From Strigamia acuminata (Eukaryota): a stretch of DNA of 64,000 bases. How positions within the stretch are numbered: the stretch's first letter is position 1; each line of letters begins with the position of its first letter. The stretch covers positions 33,170,001-33,234,000 of the forward strand of contig OX442314.1 of assembly GCA_949358305.1 (NCBI GenBank), in the 5' to 3' direction. The notes beneath the pieces were generated by a model that was given only the letters and a program-made list of their open reading frames with translations, was not told where the DNA came from and ran no database searches. A program made the translations under genes and the position numbers. This document shows, piece by piece, positions 47,882 to 61,100 of this stretch.

Positions 47882-50829
47882 AATTTTTAATTTCATGGTT
47901 GAAATTATTAATTTTATGGTTGAAATTTTTAATTTCATGGTTGAAATTTTTAATTTCATGGTTGAAATTTTTAATTTCATGGTTGAAATTTTTAATTTCA
48001 TGGTTGAAATTTTTAATTTCATGGTTGAAATTTTTAATTTCATGGTTGAAATTTTTAATTTCATGGTTGAAATTTTTAATTTCATGGTTGAAATTTTTAA
48101 TTTCATGGTTGAAATTTTTAATTTCATGGTTGAAATTTTTAATTTCATGGTTGAAATTTTTAATTTCATGGTTGAAATTTTTAATTTCATGGTTGAAATT
48201 TTTAATTTCATGGTTGAAATTTTTAATTTCATGGTTGAAATTTTTAATTTCATGGTTGAAATTTTTAATTTCATGGTTGAAATTTTTAATTTCATGGTTG
48301 AAATTTTTAATTTCATGGTTGAAATTTTTAATTTCATGGTTGAAATTTTTAATTTCATGGTTGAAATTTTTAATTTCATGGTTGAAATTTTTAATTTCAT
48401 GGTTGAAATTTTTAATTTCATGGTTGAAATTTTTAATTTCATGGTTGAAATTTTTAATTTCATGGTTGAAATTTTTAATTTCATGGTTGAAATTTTTAAT
48501 TTCATGGTTGAAATTTTTAATTTCATGGTTGAAATTTTTAATTTCATGGTTGAAATTTTTAATTTCATGGTTGAAATTTTTAATTTCATGGTTGAAATTT
48601 TTAATTTCATGGTTGAAATTTTTAATTTCATGGTTGAAATTTTTAATTTCATGGTTGAAATTTTTAATTTCATGGTTGAAATTTTTAATTTCATGGTTGA
48701 AATTTTTAATTTCATGGTTGAAATTTTTAATTTCATGGTTGAAATTTTTAATTTCATGGTTGAAATTTTTAATTTCATGGTTGAAATTTTTAATTTCATG
48801 GTTGAAATTTTTAATTTCATGGTTGAAATTTTTAATTTCATGGTTGAAATTTTTAATTTCATGGTTGAAATTTTTAATTTCATGGTTGAAATTTTTAATT
48901 TCATGGTTGAAATTTTTAATTTCATGGTTGAAATTTTTAATTTCATGGTTGAAATTTTTAATTTCATGGTTGAAATTTTTAATTTCATGGTTGAAATTTT
49001 TAATTTCATGGTTGAAATTTTTAATTTCATGGTTGAAATTTTTAATTTCATGGTTGAAATTTTTAATTTCATGGTTGAAATTTTTAATTTCATGGTTGAA
49101 ATTTTTAATTTCATGGTTGAAATTTTTAATTTCATGGTTGAAATTTTTAATTTCATGGTTGAAATTTTTAATTTCATGGTTGAAATTTTTAATTTCATGG
49201 TTGAAATTTTTAATTTCATGGTTGAAATTTTTAATTTCATGGTTGAAATTTTTAATTTCATGGTTGAAATTTTTAATTTCATGGTTGAAATTTTTAATTT
49301 CATGGTTGAAATTTTTAATTTCATGGTTGAAATTTTTAATTTCATGGTTGAAATTTTTAATTTCATGGTTGAAATTTTTAATTTCATGGTTGAAATTTTT
49401 AATTTCATGGTTGAAATTTTTAATTTCATGGTTGAAATTTTTAATTTCATGGTTGAAATTTTTAATTTCATGGTTGAAATTTTTAATTTCATGGTTGAAA
49501 TTTTTAATTTCATGGTTGAAATTTTTAATTTCATGGTTGAAATTTTTAATTTCATGGTTGAAATTTTTAATTTCATGGTTGAAATTTTTAATTTCATGGT
49601 TGAAATTTTTAATTTCATGGTTGAAATTTTTAATTTCATGGTTGAAATTTTTAATTTCATGGTTGAAATTTTTAATTTCATGGTTGAAATTTTTAATTTC
49701 ATGGTTGAAATTTTTAATTTCATGGTTGAAATTTTTAATTTCATGGTTGAAATTTTTAATTTCATGGTTGAAATTTTTAATTTCATGGTTGAAATTTTTA
49801 ATTTCATGGTTGAAATTTTTAATTTCATGGTTGAAATTTTTAATTTCATGGTTGAAATTTTTAATTTCATGGTTGAAATTTTTAATTTCATGGTTGAAAT
49901 TTTTAATTTCATGGTTGAAATTTTTAATTTCATGGTTGAAATTTTTAATTTCATGGTTGAAATTTTTAATTTCATGGTTGAAATTTTTAATTTCATGGTT
50001 GAAATTTTTAATTTCATGGTTGAAATTTTTAATTTCATGGTTGAAATTTTTAATTTCATGGTTGAAATTTTTAATTTCATGGTTGAAATTTTTAATTTCA
50101 TGGTTGAAATTTTTAATTTCATGGTTGAAATTTTTAATTTCATGGTTGAAATTTTTAATTTCATGGTTGAAATTTTTAATTTCATGGTTGAAATTTTTAA
50201 TTTCATGGTTGAAATTTTTAATTTCATGGTTGAAATTTTTAATTTCATGGTTGAAATTTTTAATTTCATGGTTGAAATTTTTAATTTCATGGTTGAAATT
50301 TTTAATTTCATGGTTGAAATTTTTAATTTCATGGTTGAAATTTTTAATTTCATGGTTGAAATTTTTAATTTCATGGTTGAAATTTTTAATTTCATGGTTG
50401 AAATTTTTAATTTCATGGTTGAAATTTTTAATTTCATGGTTGAAATTTTTAATTTCATGGTTGAAATTTTTAATTTCATGGTTGAAATTTTTAATTTCAT
50501 GGTTGAAATTTTTAATTTCATGGTTGAAATTTTTAATTTCATGGTTGAAATTTTTAATTTCATGGTTGAAATTTTTAATTTCATGGTTGAAATTTTTAAT
50601 TTCATGGTTGAAATTTTTAATTTCATGGTTGAAATTTTTAATTTCATGGTTGAAATTTTTAATTTCATGGTTGAAATTTTTAATTTCATGGTTGAAATTT
50701 TTAATTTCATGGTTGAAATTTTTAATTTCATGGTTGAAATTTTTAATTTCATGGTTGAAATTTTTAATTTCATGGTTGAAATTTTTAATTTCATGGTTGA
50801 AATTAAAAATTTCATGGTTGAAATTTTTG
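47882..50829. repeat. 21-bp satellite, right part (~140 units)
   Basis: Essentially invariant tandem GTTGAAATTTTTAATTTCATG. Confidence 0.98.
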
Positions 50830-52679
50830 AAAACATCCGCAAAATTTACCAAATTTACCATGCGGTCGCTGGGTACGATTGTTGAAATTATCTATACTGT
50901 TAATGATAATACCGTTTACAAAATAAACCGGCGCAAAAACCATTCGTCGCCATAAGAAACGCTGCTCAGAAAGCGGTTGGCTTCACAGCAAGGTCTTAGA
51001 AATTTTTGTAATATAGGGTTCCATGCCGTAGTAAGGTCGGCATGGCCGAGTAGATCGCCGTCCTCAAAATGACTGGTTGCATAACAACTAGGCACCCCTA
51101 GTGCATTTATCTGGCTGCCCTAAAGGTATTTAAAGGCCTGCACTAGTGTTCTTGGCAGCAGTAGCGTCGTCAGGAGTAGTCGCCCCGACAACGGCCGCCA
51201 CCCGTAACACGCTCCTTGGCCTGCTAGATAGAAGCAGGTCCATTTTCATCTGGCTTCACAACCCGGAGCGAACGACCAGCACACAAATCCAGCCGTTCCT
51301 ATTAGTTACCGGTATGTTTTTGCTGGTAAAATCAGTGTGTACGTTTTTCTGCAATGTTCCTGCGCTGTTGCCGCCGCCGCGTTTTTAAGTGGAATTATTT
51401 CTAAATCCCGTGTAAAGAAAAGGGCTCAGAGCTCTGGGTCCTAAAAAACCCTGAACAATTCGTTTCAGAGCATGCCTAGAACCAAGAAAAACACATAGGA
51501 AAACGTCCACTGCACCGCATAATTCGGCTGCTTGCATTCTATGTTAGGAAAAACACAGCAAGAAGTAGTTTTTATGAATTCATATGAATTTTGTTCCGGT
51601 TTTACCTAGCGGTCATTTCAATCTCCAGTTCAGGTATTTTTTGGTTAAAATCTTTATTTTATTTAAATATTTGAATTGATTATTGTAGTTTAATTGCTTG
51701 TAACGCAATATTTAATTGTAACAAATGGATTTTGCTGATCCAGACTTATTTAATGGTCAAATTCCAAGCACGAGATCAGGCTATATTTCTCAAAATACGG
51801 ACCAATCAGAAAACCTAAATTGAACAAGAGCAAAAAAGCTGGGAAAATCTGGTACCAGTTTGCAGAGACCGCGAAAAAAATAATAGGCAAGGTTATCAAA
51901 AGGAATATAAATGAAAAATTGATCCATATCAGGAAAGCCTAAAAAAATAAATGAAATCGTCGAATCATCCAATAGTCAACACCTAAGATAATTTTGTTAT
52001 GTTAATAATTTGTTTCAAACATTTTGTTTATTTTGTTTATTTAATTCTTATTTCATAGTGATTCTGTTCGGGCCATGCGGGCCACCACGTGGACCAGACG
52101 GTTCTGGTCAATTCGGCCAAACCTTTGACGATAGACTTGGTTTTACAAGAAATGCAGGCGTTTGAAAGATGCTTTCGCCATCTTGCAGCAACAGCAAGTC
52201 GTGAATGCAGGGGTTCAGGCACCGCCTGGACCTCTAGTCGTGGGCCACCAAACCCCGTTCGCGGCGCCATTGCCGCTCCCGGTGATCACACCGGCGGTGG
52301 TTTTGGTTCCAAATCCGCCTGGCTTCGACTTTGAAGCTGTGGAAAAAGCAGTTTTACACGTGCCCAAGACGTTTGAGCCAGAAATTCCAGTTTCTTTGGA
52401 AAAATGGGTTTCATACGGACTTTTTAAAGTTCCGTCCAGCTACAGAAAAATACGTGATCCCTGCAAACTTGCATTATCTGGATCCGCCGCCTTGTGAAAG
52501 TGCGTTCATACAAAACGTACCCAGGACGGGATTTTGCGGAAAATCCAAACTCGTGCTCTACGTGCAATAGTGCCACTTTGCCAAACAATGGTGGATATTT
52601 CCACAGAAGTGGCACCAGGTCCGGTCCAGACTAAGATGTTTCAGCAAATTGAATGATAAATCGACAAAGAAATTTAAAA

Positions 52680-53778
52680 AAAAATCAGAATCCAAATTCC
52701 GAACACCAGAGCTCTCATTCAGCACCACCCTTAACGGTGGCCCAGGGACAACCACGAGGAGGTAGAGAGTTGGATTTTCTGTCCCCGAATAATTTTAAAT
52801 ACACTGATATTATATAAAACAACCATAATAAAAGTATATAAAATATAAAAATTTGAAGTTGGGTGGAGAGTTTGAACAAAAACTTACCGTCAACGTGGCC
52901 AACATAAAAATGGCAGAACGAAAAAGTTCGGAAACAAATGGAACATTTTAACACCAGATGAATCGATCAAAAGTTTACGAAAACATCGAAATAACATCGC
53001 TGCGAACCTGTTGAATGTTCTCACACACAATACTGGATCCGATGTTAAACGATCCGGAAGATATCTGGGAGAATTCCTTTAAAGTTTGAGCAGCCTGAAA
53101 CGACGACACAGACACAGGAAAGGAAGCAGAACTGAATCATGGGATATAGCGAATAAGGGTCTGTTTGCCGGTGATTGGTTGAATTCAACGTGTCATTACT
53201 TCTCAATACAGTGCACTTTGATCGACTTTGATTACGCAAAAATTGTTCAAAAATACTGGCTTGACGATGACGAGTGTGATAAAACCCGAAAAGACAATAC
53301 ATAAATAAAGCTTCTTTTACACGAAAAAGAAAATTGAAAAAATTTGGACGAAAAATTTAAATGTCGAATTGCTAAAATTGAAAAAAAAAAACATTAATTT
53401 TAAAGTTAACTTTTTATTTAAATGAAAAACCTCTATCTACAATGTTATTACCGTATTTTTTTTTAATATACTATACAAAATGTAAATAGTGATTTTTATT
53501 TTTATTTTAAAATTTTTTTTTAAATTTTTAAACAAAACATTTTTGTTAGTTTTGTTCAAAAATGCAACTATGTATGTTTTGGTGGTTTTATGTAAACCGG
53601 AAGCTGTCTTAATTTGATTTTGTGTCAATTTGTGTACGTTTTGCATCCGTATTGAATTGTAATGCGATTGAATGCTTGTGGAACGTTTGCTAGACGTTTT
53701 GAGTTTTACTAACGTATTTAAATGTGAATAAAACAATTTTTACTTTTTAGTCAATTCGTCTAGTTTGCCCAGAGAAAG
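52680..53778 (+). repeat. Duplicate of the TAF10 upstream region (pairs with ~56725-57758)
   Basis: Long collinear similarity ending at ..tcgtctagtttgcccagaga, just before the position of the TAF10 ATG. Confidence 0.85.
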
Positions 53779-55904
53779 CCTAGGCACCCGGCGCCAAGGT
53801 GAGCGGTGCAATCATTCGGCAAAAACTTCTGTCGCTAAAGAGACACCTACTTGAAATTCCCAGCACAAAAAACACTACAACCCAACCTTGGCGACTGTCA
53901 ACGGCACAACTCCAGGAATATATGACTGGAAGCGCAAAGCTGAAGAATTTGTGCGTCAATCAAAAAGAGATGTCGTCTTTATTCTGCAGAATGAGTTGGG
54001 TCTTCAAGCTTCGTGTTTCGTGCTTATCTGCATTAGCAATATGTCTTAGTCTTCTAATATTTTGTCACATTTCTGTTTGAATATTTTCAAAGGACCATGA
54101 CACCTGCCTTACAGCGCGTGCTTTTTCCGAAGTATTCCCAACCAATGAAAACTCATTCATCACAGCGAGTTTTTTGTGGACAACCCCACTGGGAATCCCA
54201 AAAGAATTGCTGGAAAATTGGTTGTCAATATTACCAGATCCATCACAATTAGAAAGCGATTTGGTGAGAGGAGTGCTGGCTGTGTGTGGTTTTTAACTGT
54301 ATTTTTATTTTAATTAATCATGGATAATGATTATTTTGCCATTTTCATTTAGTTAATTCATACTTATTTGTTGTCATTCTTTAATTGGATTGAAATTTTT
54401 GTTCCGTATGCTTTGTGTATAATTTATTTGTTTATCATTTATATTTGATTTCCTTCATTTTTTATAATGGCAGGAGGCGGTAATCGACCTTCCCCGCAAA
54501 TGCAATCAAGGACTCTCGTAATAAGGCGAGACGTGATGGTGATGGTGAAGGACACGCTATTGCTCCCATTAACTAGTTCCGGACCTATTCTTGGACCGAT
54601 TCTAATGCCACCTTATCATCCAAAAACATTTCCTTAGGCAAAAAATTCTGTGACAGTGTGGTGATTCGGCATCACCTGAAGAAGTAATGAGTTGCCTTAA
54701 GAAAACAGTGCGACGGCTACAAGCCACATCCATCATTCTCTGTTCGCCAGTCTTTTTATTCGTGTATATTTTAATTTTTTTTTATTTTTTAACTGTTTAA
54801 ATAAACAAATGCACAGTGACCTGAAAGTTATGACCCTCAGCCGACGATCTGACCCGGGATCTGACTTTAGTAAGAAACCTCAACCAAACTGGGTCACGGA
54901 AAAAAACTAGAAACTAAACTAGATTCTACAAGTTAGCTGATTTCCAAACCAAAATAACTAGAACTTTTACAGACCTTCTCGGCCAATTTTTGAAGAATAC
55001 TAGAAAGTAGCTTCAGAAAATGCCGAAGAGGCAAAAAACTAGTAAAGGGGATTGAAAATAACCCTAAAATCCCCGGGAAGGAGGAAGCTGAGCAGTGTGG
55101 GGAGTAGAAAGAGAGTTTGGGACTCAACTGAGACGGACGTGTACGAAATTGCTCATGCAGCAGTGAAAGCAGCATTGCCCTGCACTGCTCCATTCTCTCC
55201 CCACTCATCACTGTGGCGCTCAGTGGTGCGATGTTGATTGCACCACAACCTCTATGAGCGGCTGCATGGGTCTAGATAAGTAAGGCAGTGTGTTATGCAT
55301 ATCAACCACATCTCCTTCTCTAATAACAATCTAAAAAATGTTTTTGATCACATGTTTTTTATTTTCAGGAAACCAGAGCTTCTAGAACAAAGTTTTTATC
55401 ATTTTTTATAAAAATAAATGATAAAAATGATTTTTATCATTTATTTTGTAATTTAGTAATAAATAAGTTCACTTTACCTTGAATAAATTTGTATATTTTA
55501 ATTTCGATTGAATGATTTGGTTTTTGAACGTTTCTTGGCACTATAAAGTGTGTTACTACTGGTAACACACTGGCCTGATTATTTAAAAAATCAAACAATG
55601 GAAGAAACAGCATAGCACATTTACCCGGTGCATTTTTTTTTTGTTTTTCATATTTTTCAACTGGTTTTCAATCGTTTTAATCATTTTTTATATGATTTCT
55701 TAAGGTTTTTTTCTTTTTTAAAGTTTTTTTTTTTAATAATTTTTTCGGTTTTAATCGATGTTTTATGATCTTTTACGTGTTTTTTCAGTTTTAATAGTTT
55801 CTTACAATTTTTTACGTGTGTTTTCAGAAGGAGAAGGAGAGAAGACACGAGATTCTCGTGTGAAATTCTCGTGTTTTCTCGCGTTTTCTCGCAATCGCTA
55901 AAGG

Positions 55905-56097
55905 CTGCAGACCTTAGTGGCCGTATAGCAGCTAAAAAGGAGACCCTTTCACAACGCCACAGACAACTGCGAATAGAATTTGCTTTTAACAAATTGCAAT
56001 GGCAAGTCCAGCAATGACAGACAATTCTTTGGACCAACAAATCTTCTATTACTGTTGGTGGCTCTGGCCAAGTATATGTTCGCCGTCCAATTGGGAC
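55905..56097 (+). pseudogene. Tc1/mariner transposase fragment
   Basis: AAKKETLSQRHRQLRIEFA...W...ILWTNKS..GGSGQVYVRRPIG, homologous to the remnant at 3031-3200, with an in-frame stop. Confidence 0.6.
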
Positions 56098-57759
56098 TGC
56101 ACCCCATGAAACGACAGAACTATTGGTACAGAAGGATTAGAAAGCCACACTCCCTCAAACTAGGCTGAAAAGCTAGGTCAAGTAAAAAACCAACATTAAC
56201 GGCAAATTACTAATATTACATTTATAATAGATGAAAGCCTTGCTACAAACATGGGGCTGTATTGACATTGCGCTTCCTGTCAAGCAATGTATTATTAGAA
56301 GCCCGCCCCTTGTACAAGTGATGGACTGTTTCCCTGATTTTCGACCATGGGACGCACGCGTCTACTGCCCTGGCGCGGTAGAGGCGGGTGGAGGCGAGAT
56401 GGGGAACCAACCAAGTCTAAAGGAGATCTTTTATGACACACAACCACAAGGCATTGTTGTAACCATAAATCAGTCACCCCCTAAATTTCATACACAGTAA
56501 ACGCCACAATGCAGTCTTACAATACCACGCATTGTGAATTGAATTACATATCAGGTAAATGCTACATTCATTTAGTGGAATGCAGTCTTACAGGACCTAA
56601 AACATTTGTCAAATAAACATTTAAAATCCAAAAAATGAAAAACAAACTTTCAATGGAGAAAGGGCACCCGAACATTTCAAGTTTTCAAGATCAAATTAAA
56701 GGATTAATCGACATTGAAATAAAAAACAAAATCAGAATGCAAATTCCGAACACCAGAGCTCTCATTCAGCACCACCGTTAACAGTGGCCCAGGGACAACC
56801 ACGAGGAGGTAGAGAGTTGGATTTTCTGACCCCAAATAATCTTTAAATATACTGATACTGTATAAAACAACCATAATAAAAGAACTTTACCGTATATAAA
56901 AATTTAAAGTTGGATGGAAAGTTTTAAATAAGTAAAACTCACCGTCGACGTGGCCAACATAAAAATGGCGGAACGAAAAACTGCGGAAACAAATGGAGCA
57001 TTTCAACCCCAGATAAATCGATCAAAAGTTTGCGAAAACATTGAAATAAGATCGCTGCGAACCTGATGAACGTTTCCACACACAATACTGGATCCGATGG
57101 TAAACGATTCGGATGATATCTGGTAGAATTCCATTAAAGTTTGAGCAGCACAAAACAACGCCATGTCCACACTACGAAAGAAAGCAGAACTGAATCATGG
57201 AAAAAAACGTCTGTTCGGTGGTGATTGGTTGTATTAAACGTGTCATTACTTCTCAATACAGTGCACTTTGATCGACTTTAATTACGTAAAAATTGTTGAC
57301 GAGTGTGATAAAACCCGAAAAGACAATACATAAATAAAGATTCTTTTAAACGAAAAACAAAATTGAAAAAATTTGACAAAAAATTTAAATTTAAATTTAA
57401 AGTTAACTTTTTATTCAAATAAAAAATCTTTATCTACAATGTTATTACCGTATTTTTTTTTGAATATACTCTACAAAATGTGATTTTTATTTTTATTTTA
57501 AATTTTTTTTTAAATTTTTAAACAAAACATTTCTGTGAGAGTTTTGTTCAAAAATGTTTTGGTCGTTTTATGTAAACCGGAAGCTGTCTTAATTTGATTT
57601 TCTATGAATTTGTATAGGTACGTTTTGCAACCGTATTAAATTGTAATGCGATTGAATGTTTGGTGAACGTTTGCTAGACGTTTTGAGTTTTACTAACGTA
57701 TTTAAATGTGAATAATACATTTTTTAGGCAATTCGTCTAGTTTGCCCAGAGACAACGCA

Positions 57760-58185
57760 ATGGCCACCAGTGGAGAAATGCCTGAAAAGTGTGAAAACAT
57801 GTCTATAAGTGAAAACGAAAATAGTATCGACGGTGCAGATACATCGACGTGCGAGACAGAATCAACAAATATTGGCAGAGATTTGGCAGATTTCGCTGAT
57901 AAAATCGAAAACTTTGAGCCGACGATTCCGGACGCAGTTGTATCGGCTTGTCTCAATTCCGTCGGTTTTTCGAGCACTGATCCGCGGATGATTCGTTTGG
58001 TTTCAGTGGCAGCTCAGAAATTAATCTCTGATATTTCCAACGACGCGTTACAGCGCTATCGAATGCGCAAATCACAAACTACGAAAAGTGGCGACAAGGG
58101 CAAAAACACATTAACTATGGAGGATCTGAAAGGTCCACTCGCGGAGCAAGGAATCGATGTCAAGAAACCGGACTATTTTGTATAA
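57760..58185 (+). CDS. TAF10: Transcription initiation factor TFIID subunit 10 (141 aa, single coding exon)
   Basis: PTIPDAV...GF...DPRMIRLVSVAAQKLISDISNDALQ...TLTMEDL...L.E.GI.VKKPDYF histone-fold signature; ATG at 57760. Confidence 0.92.
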   Translation: MATSGEMPEKCENMSISENENSIDGADTSTCETESTNIGRDLADFADKIENFEPTIPDAVVSACLNSVGFSSTDPRMIRLVSVAAQKLISDISNDALQRYRMRKSQTTKSGDKGKNTLTMEDLKGPLAEQGIDVKKPDYFV

Positions 58186-61100
58186 ACATGGCTGCACAAC
58201 CGATTTGGTGGCAGCAGTAGCGGCAGGTTGTTTTCCGTACAACATAAATAAGCATTGTTATTATTAAAATTAATATTTTTATTTTACTTTTTGCAATTTT
58301 CTTTTTAGTCGAAAATCCTCTCTCCCAAGTGGCGGTGTGACTGCCGATATCTGTTGATTATACCTCCCCGAATAATTATTTTTCTTCCGATTGGTATTTT
58401 ATGCTAATTATTTCTCCCTCGATAATTATTTCTTCCTCGATTTCCCATTCTTCCAATTTTCCAAATGGACGAATTTGTAACAATCATGCCGTTTTAGCTT
58501 TAGCCAGAATTAATGTTTAATTTCGCCAATACATGGCGCGTTCAATCAAATTCGACTAAGAATTTATAGTTTTAAATAAAAAAAACTACATGCGTGATTA
58601 AATCAGTAAATACTCAAAATATATGTAAGATTTGAAAATTTAAAATTTTGTTATTTCTGTATAAACAAATTGGAGAGTATCTATGGTGAGTGGGGTCCGA
58701 GATTAAGTCGGGCATGCGCAATGATTATCCACAGCCCAACGGAGGAAGAAGCTCGTTGTTTATCGCTCCGTCGTGGCGGTGATTTGTTCGTGCTCACCGC
58801 TTTCCTTCATTTGTTTTCAGGTTTCATTCTCGAATCTTCATGAAAAGGCTTCTAATTTGGTTTAAATCTTATTTCACTATTTGGAGTTTATGTTTGTATT
58901 GATATATTGCGTATATTAAGCCTTTCTCGTTGGCCTTTCATTGCCGCCATTTTGTATCAAGCTGTTCTTCGCCATTTAATTTTTAATTTTATCGGTTTCT
59001 ATTTTTCTATTACGGTATATTTTTTCTCGCCAATTTTTCGTTCTTTTCTAACACGAATTCTTCCGTTGCATGTACGTATCGACATTCCACGTTTGTACTG
59101 TAAGACTGCATTCAAACCTAATTGGTGTAGCATTTACCAAAAAGATAGTACGTGAATATTATTGGTACTGCAACCATTTTACCGCATGGTGCTGGACACA
59201 ACACATCATAAAACTCCAAGAAATTACTAGACCATTCACGTTGCAAAAAGGGTCAGATGGCATTGAAATTTAATGATTAGCATTAACCAACTTTGTACAA
59301 GTTATAAACTATTGACTAATATTGCTACTGTTATTGCTTATTGCACGTGTTGTAAGGACGAGCAGTACATGACTTGGGTAGTATCATTTGGTATGGGAGG
59401 CACAACACTTGATGAAAATGACTGGAGAGTCGTAGGTGCATTCAGAGTGTGTTTGTTGTTGGCATTTGTAATATAAACGGCCAAAACAGAATGCAAAAAA
59501 ATGCGTAACTAAGAATTGTGTGTGGCAATTTCGGTTTTGGATCTGTGTGGTTAACTCATGTTCTTTCTGCGAATTGTTCTTGACAGTTGTTCCATACATT
59601 AGGTTGGCTAATTGTAGTGCTGATTTCTAAAAAAAAAATTGCAAAAAAAATAAAAAATGACAAAAAATAAATTACAAAAATTACAAAATAATGAAAAATA
59701 GATTTTAAAAAATTGCAAAAGAATTAAAAAGTGACAAAAAATAAATTACAAAAATTACACAATAATGAAAAATAGATTTAAAAAAATTGCAAAAAAATTC
59801 AAAAATTTAAAAAATGGCAAAAATAAAAAAAATAATTGAAAATAATGTTCTATTTGTGGGGACGAAACAATAAAGCCTCCCAATGGTCTAAACGTGAGAA
59901 ATTCATTTAATGAACAACTCGAATTATCACTACGACCTACAGGAAAAGAAAAACGTCAGAGTATATTTAACCTATTGTTTTCATTACCGGTACTGTTGTA
60001 CTGTACATTCATTCATCAAAATCTACGAACAAATCCAGGTTTTTACTATTGACGTAACTTATAATTTTATCATACGCTGAATCATCGATAAGATCACGTA
60101 TTACAATCAACTACGTTCTTTGGTATTACATACGAATAACAAAAAAAATAAACGAACAATGTAAACAAAGGAAATAATGAAAAGGTGCACTACGACTTTA
60201 TTGCGCGCGAAAATGGCGGGGCGGGGTCTTCTCCCTCTTTGCTCACAGACGGCGGCTTGATGTGTAGCAAAGAAAAGTCTAGATGCATTTGCTTGATTAT
60301 CTAATTAATGTTTGCTCTCAGCTTGAATGTTGATATTTTGTAATTTCTCAATCTGTCAAGTTGTCTCAGGACTCAGGATACTGCAAGCAAACGCTTGACG
60401 GAAAATGACTGGACAGAGACTGTTGTTGTTTTTGTTGGCATTTATAATATAAAAGACCAAAACAGAATATAAAAATACCTAACTATAAATGTGTGCGAGG
60501 CAATTTCGGTTTTGGACTTGGCGTACATGGCAGTTAAAAACTGTAAATAAGAAGACTGGGTTGAACTCAAAATGCACGTGGCTTTAATCCTTGCTAAAAC
60601 AGTTGCACTGGGCGTTCCAGCAGAAATAATTAAACAAAAATCTGTACAAAAAATTTATATCAAAATCACAAATGTTATGTTAGGGCAGTTCGGTGATGGG
60701 CACTGGACCCTAAACGTACCGTTTGTTTAATTGCTATGCTGCAAAAGTACTGTATGGATATGGATTGCATTGTTGCAGTGAGTACACCTATAAATATATG
60801 ACATTTACATTACAACGTATTTTATATTTCTTCAAGCCGGTCCAAGCCCTGTCTGGGGCATCCAAGCCCCACTCAATCACACTCATTTTGGTCTTTGGCA
60901 AAACAGCTGGTACCAAATACCAATCCGTCTGCTTGGATTAAATGCGCTGAAGAAAGTGCGCAGGAGAAAATGACAAAAATCTTTAAAATATCTTAACAAA
61001 TCCATTAAATAAAAATGTTATTTATGCAGGGAAGTTAGGGAAAGGACACAATTCGGAATTTACGGTTTCCGTGTAATAATTATTTTATTCCTGCAATCAT

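Noticed and set aside
47745..50955. ~1000-aa ORFs in several frames (also 23038-24031)
   Set aside because: Artefacts of a stop-free 21-bp satellite giving 7-aa repeats; no evidence of coding.
59410..60520. ~130-bp diverged repeat at ~59410-59545 and ~60400-60520
   Set aside because: Short dispersed repeat with no termini, ORF or structure that I can support.
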